NCBI GenBank assembly: GCA_034780895.1
Contig: JAUZTB010000064.1
Location: 86,298,991 to 86,362,990, forward strand
Direction of reading: 5' to 3'
DNA from: Rhynchobatus australiae
Taxonomy: Eukaryota
Length of the DNA: 64,000 bases
The position numbers and the translations under genes were made by a program. The notes beneath the pieces were generated by a model that had not been told where the DNA came from, did not search any database, and worked only from the letters and a program-made list of their open reading frames with translations. Positions 61,190-64,000 of this stretch are shown piece by piece (position 1 is the first letter of the stretch; every line of letters starts with the position of its first letter).

Positions 61190-61500
61190 TGAAACAGCCT
61201 GTCAGTAATTGACTTATCACCACTCATGTGGTGTAATAATAATACGCTGAGCTAGTTTTATCAGCTCTGATTTACTACAGGCCATATTGGGCGTCATGCA
61301 ATGGACCATAAAACCAAGAAAAATTCACGTGAATCCAAAAGTTTTTGAGGAGCAGATGAAGGAGGTATAAACGGAGATCAGCTGGCCACGGCTCTCTGGT
61401 GTGTGCCAAGCTGTCTGATTGGCTGGAGGGCTACATAGCCATCTTGTCGTTCTGGCAGGCAATACACTGACAGTTTGAGGTAAAAATAGAGCTGCAGAGA
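61190..61500. promoter_or_regulatory. Candidate enhancer/promoter
   Basis: Repeat-free block with palindrome attCACGTGaat (61323-61334), E-boxes CAGATG and CAGCTG, CCATAAAA, TATAAA, an NF-Y-type ctgATTGGctg and two TGACAG sites; adjacent to a GA repeat. Confidence 0.4.
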
Positions 61501-61505
61501 TTGGC

Positions 61506-61522
61506 AGAGAGAAAGAGAGAGA

Positions 61523-61555
<33 letters not shown>

Positions 61556-61583
61556 GGAGAGAGAGGAGAGAGAGAAAGAGAGA
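61506..61583. repeat. (GA)n-rich polypurine microsatellite
   Basis: About 78 bp consisting only of purines on the + strand. Confidence 0.95.
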
Positions 61584-62811
61584 AATAGTGGAAAACACAA
61601 GTAAAAACATTGCCTGTAAAGCTGGTCAGTAAAGCTAAGTTAATGTGTCCTTTTGTTCTAGCACAATGAAAGATATATATTGACTGCATTTACATTCTTC
61701 ATTTTCAGGTTGAAAAAGTTATTTAATAATCCTCACACCTGAATTACAAGTCGACTTTGATTGCTGGTTGCTCCAAATTTAGATATTGAATTTATTTAAT
61801 AGAAACACGCATCGAATATCACTTTAAAATGTAAGCAATGAAACAATCAACCTTCTTTTATAGAATTCCTCTTTCTGCCATTTTAATAGGGTCCAACTGA
61901 AACACAATGGGTCAACCTCATTTTTGAATTCTAAAGAACATAATATCACTTTTGTTTTACTCATATTGTAGACCACACTTGCAATTCCNNNNNNNNNNNN
62001 NNNNNNNNNNNNNNNNNNNNNNNNNNNNNNNNNNNNNNNNNNNNNNNNNNNNNNNNNNNNNNNNNNNNNNNNNNNNNNNNNNNNNNNNNNNNNNNNNNNN
62101 NNNNNNNNNNNNNNNNNNNNNNNNNNNNNNNNNNNNNNNNNNNNNNNNNNNNNNNNNNNNNNNNNNNNNNNNNNNNNNNNNNNNNNNNNNNNNNNNNNNN
62201 NNNNNNNNNNNNNNNNNNNNNNNNNNNNNNNNNNNNNNNNNNNNNNNNNNNNNNNNNNNNNNNNNNNNNNNNNNNNNNNNNNNNNNNNNNNNNNNNNNNN
62301 NNNNNNNNNNNNNNNNNNNNNNNNNNNNNNNNNNNNNNNNNNNNNNNNNNNNNNNNNNNNNNNNNNNNNNNNNNNNNNNNNNNNNNNNNNNNNNNNNNNN
62401 NNNNNNNNNNNNNNNNNNNNNNNNNNNNNNNNNNNNNNNNNNNNNNNNNNNNNNNNNNNNNNNNNNNNNNNNNNNNNNNNNNNNNNNNNNNNNNNNNNNN
62501 NNNNNNNNNNNNNNNNNNNNNNNNNNNNNNNNNNNNNNNNNNNNNNNNNNNNNNNNNNNNNNNNNNNNNNNNNATCACCACATGGCCCAATTTAACAAAT
62601 GACTGGCACTAGTTTAGGCTAACTAGCGCTGACTAAAGCTATCTAGTATGGTTTCAAGGCCAGTTGTTCTGTGGCTAGAGTCAGAAGTTGGAGTCATTCC
62701 CAAAGTCTCAACAGCTTGCTGGAAGCCTTGGTTGAATGGATGAGAGCAGACACCCAAATAATGTGACCATTTATGGGAGACCCTTAGGAATGAGGGGAGA
62801 GGAGGAAAAAA

Positions 62812-63200
62812 TATAAGAACATAAGAAGTTGCTTTTTATCTCAATCTTGAATGGCCAGTCCCTTATTTTGAGACTTTGATGGCTGGCTCTAGATATTCCA
62901 GCCAGGGGAAACAGCAATTCTACATTTATCCTGCCAAGAATCATTACCACCCACTCTTTTAATTATTTCAAGAGTGTAGGCTCAACTGCTTAATCTCTTA
63001 TAAAGCAACCCATTCCTCCCTCATGCAGAATTAATCTGAACTTTTGCTGCATTCACTCTATCTTAAGTATACCCTCTACTAAATGGGTCAAGCAACTTTT
63101 GAGGTAAGCAGTAGGATGACAGTCGAATTCAATGCGAAGAGTGCAGCACGAAGATTGTGGGTACCGAGTGGTGAGAAGTTCAGTAACTTCACACATGCAG
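62812..63200 (-). mobile_element. Degraded CR1 3' fragment
   Basis: 'tataagaacataagaa' tail followed by CR1-like minus-strand sequence 'cccttattttgagac...ccagccaggggaaacagc'. Confidence 0.6.
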
Positions 63201-63364
63201 CCAATGTCAGTGAAGTCCCACCCATTCCCAAGATGAACCACCAGCCTCAGGCACTTCTTAATGTATCACACTCTCATCATTCAACTACCAGTAATCTCCA
63301 TCGATCAGGACTTGTATCCAATTTCATGTGCTCCATCATGCCTTATTGATACAAAGCTTGGGAG

Positions 63365-63643
63365 CACAAACCATCAGGCTCAAAGACAGCTTCTATCCCA
63401 CTGCTATCAGGCTCTTGAATGGATCTCTCATACGCTAAAAGATGAACACTTGATCTCTCAATTTACCTAATAGTGGCTCTTGCATTTTATTTGTCTATCT
63501 GCACTACACTTTGTCTGTAATTCTAACACTATAATTCTGCAATCTGTTTTCCTTTTCAGTACCTCAACATACTTATGTATGGAATGAACTGTCTGGATGG
63601 CACACAAACAAAAGCTTTTCACTGTATCTGTGACAATAATAAA
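63365..63643 (+). mobile_element. Rex1/Babar-like LINE 3'UTR
   Basis: 'caggctcaaagacagcttctatccc...gcttttcactgtatctgtgacaataataaa' is colinear with 52260-52660. Confidence 0.8.
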
Positions 63644-64000
63644 NNNNNNNNNNNNNNNNNNNNNNNNNNNNNNNNNNNNNNNNNNNNNNNNNNNNNNNNN
63701 NNNNNNNNNNNNNNNNNNNNNNNNNNATCATCCCTACATATTGTGTCAAACTCATAACATGCTTCTCCCTCTGTTATGGGAGAAGGTGGCACATAACTGG
63801 TGTCAGCAGCAACAACACACCAGACAACATGTGAGGTGGTAGCGACCCACACTCAGGGAAAGGGGAGAGCGCTGGTCTGTACTGGACAACAGATACACAA
63901 TGTGTAGCCAGTGGAGTGGCAGGGATAAGTGAGTGTGAGAGTTTGTTTAACCCAGTCTACCTTTTCACACTTCACTTCCCACTCATCACGTTGTCTCTTC

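Overview
Non-coding vertebrate genomic DNA from a gappy draft assembly with many 10-N, 100-N and longer gaps. The repeat content (HER1-type CR1 LINEs, V-SINEs, a Deu-domain SINE, Penelope-like pLTRs) points to a cartilaginous fish (shark or ray); this is inference. I recognise no intact host protein-coding gene, rRNA, tRNA or CRISPR array; the window reads as a large intron or gene desert. It is dominated by decayed, often nested transposons: CR1, Rex1/Babar-like and L2-like LINEs, Penelope-like elements, one Gypsy LTR-retrotransposon fossil, two Harbinger transposase fossils, a TA-flanked MITE and several SINEs. Between them are repeat-free blocks that may be conserved non-coding elements. 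The most notable items are: (1) 90-120 bp Penelope-derived mini-insertions carrying decayed minimal hammerhead-ribozyme cores, bounded by 13-14 bp target-site duplications; (2) a ~550 bp internal inversion in the Gypsy fossil; (3) a candidate 9-nt microexon on the minus strand; (4) two near-perfect palindromes; (5) a probable full-length CR1 collapsed into a gap, with a duplicated CRE-containing 5' monomer. Repeat boundaries are by eye and approximate unless exact motifs are quoted, and family names come from recalled consensus motifs, not database searches.
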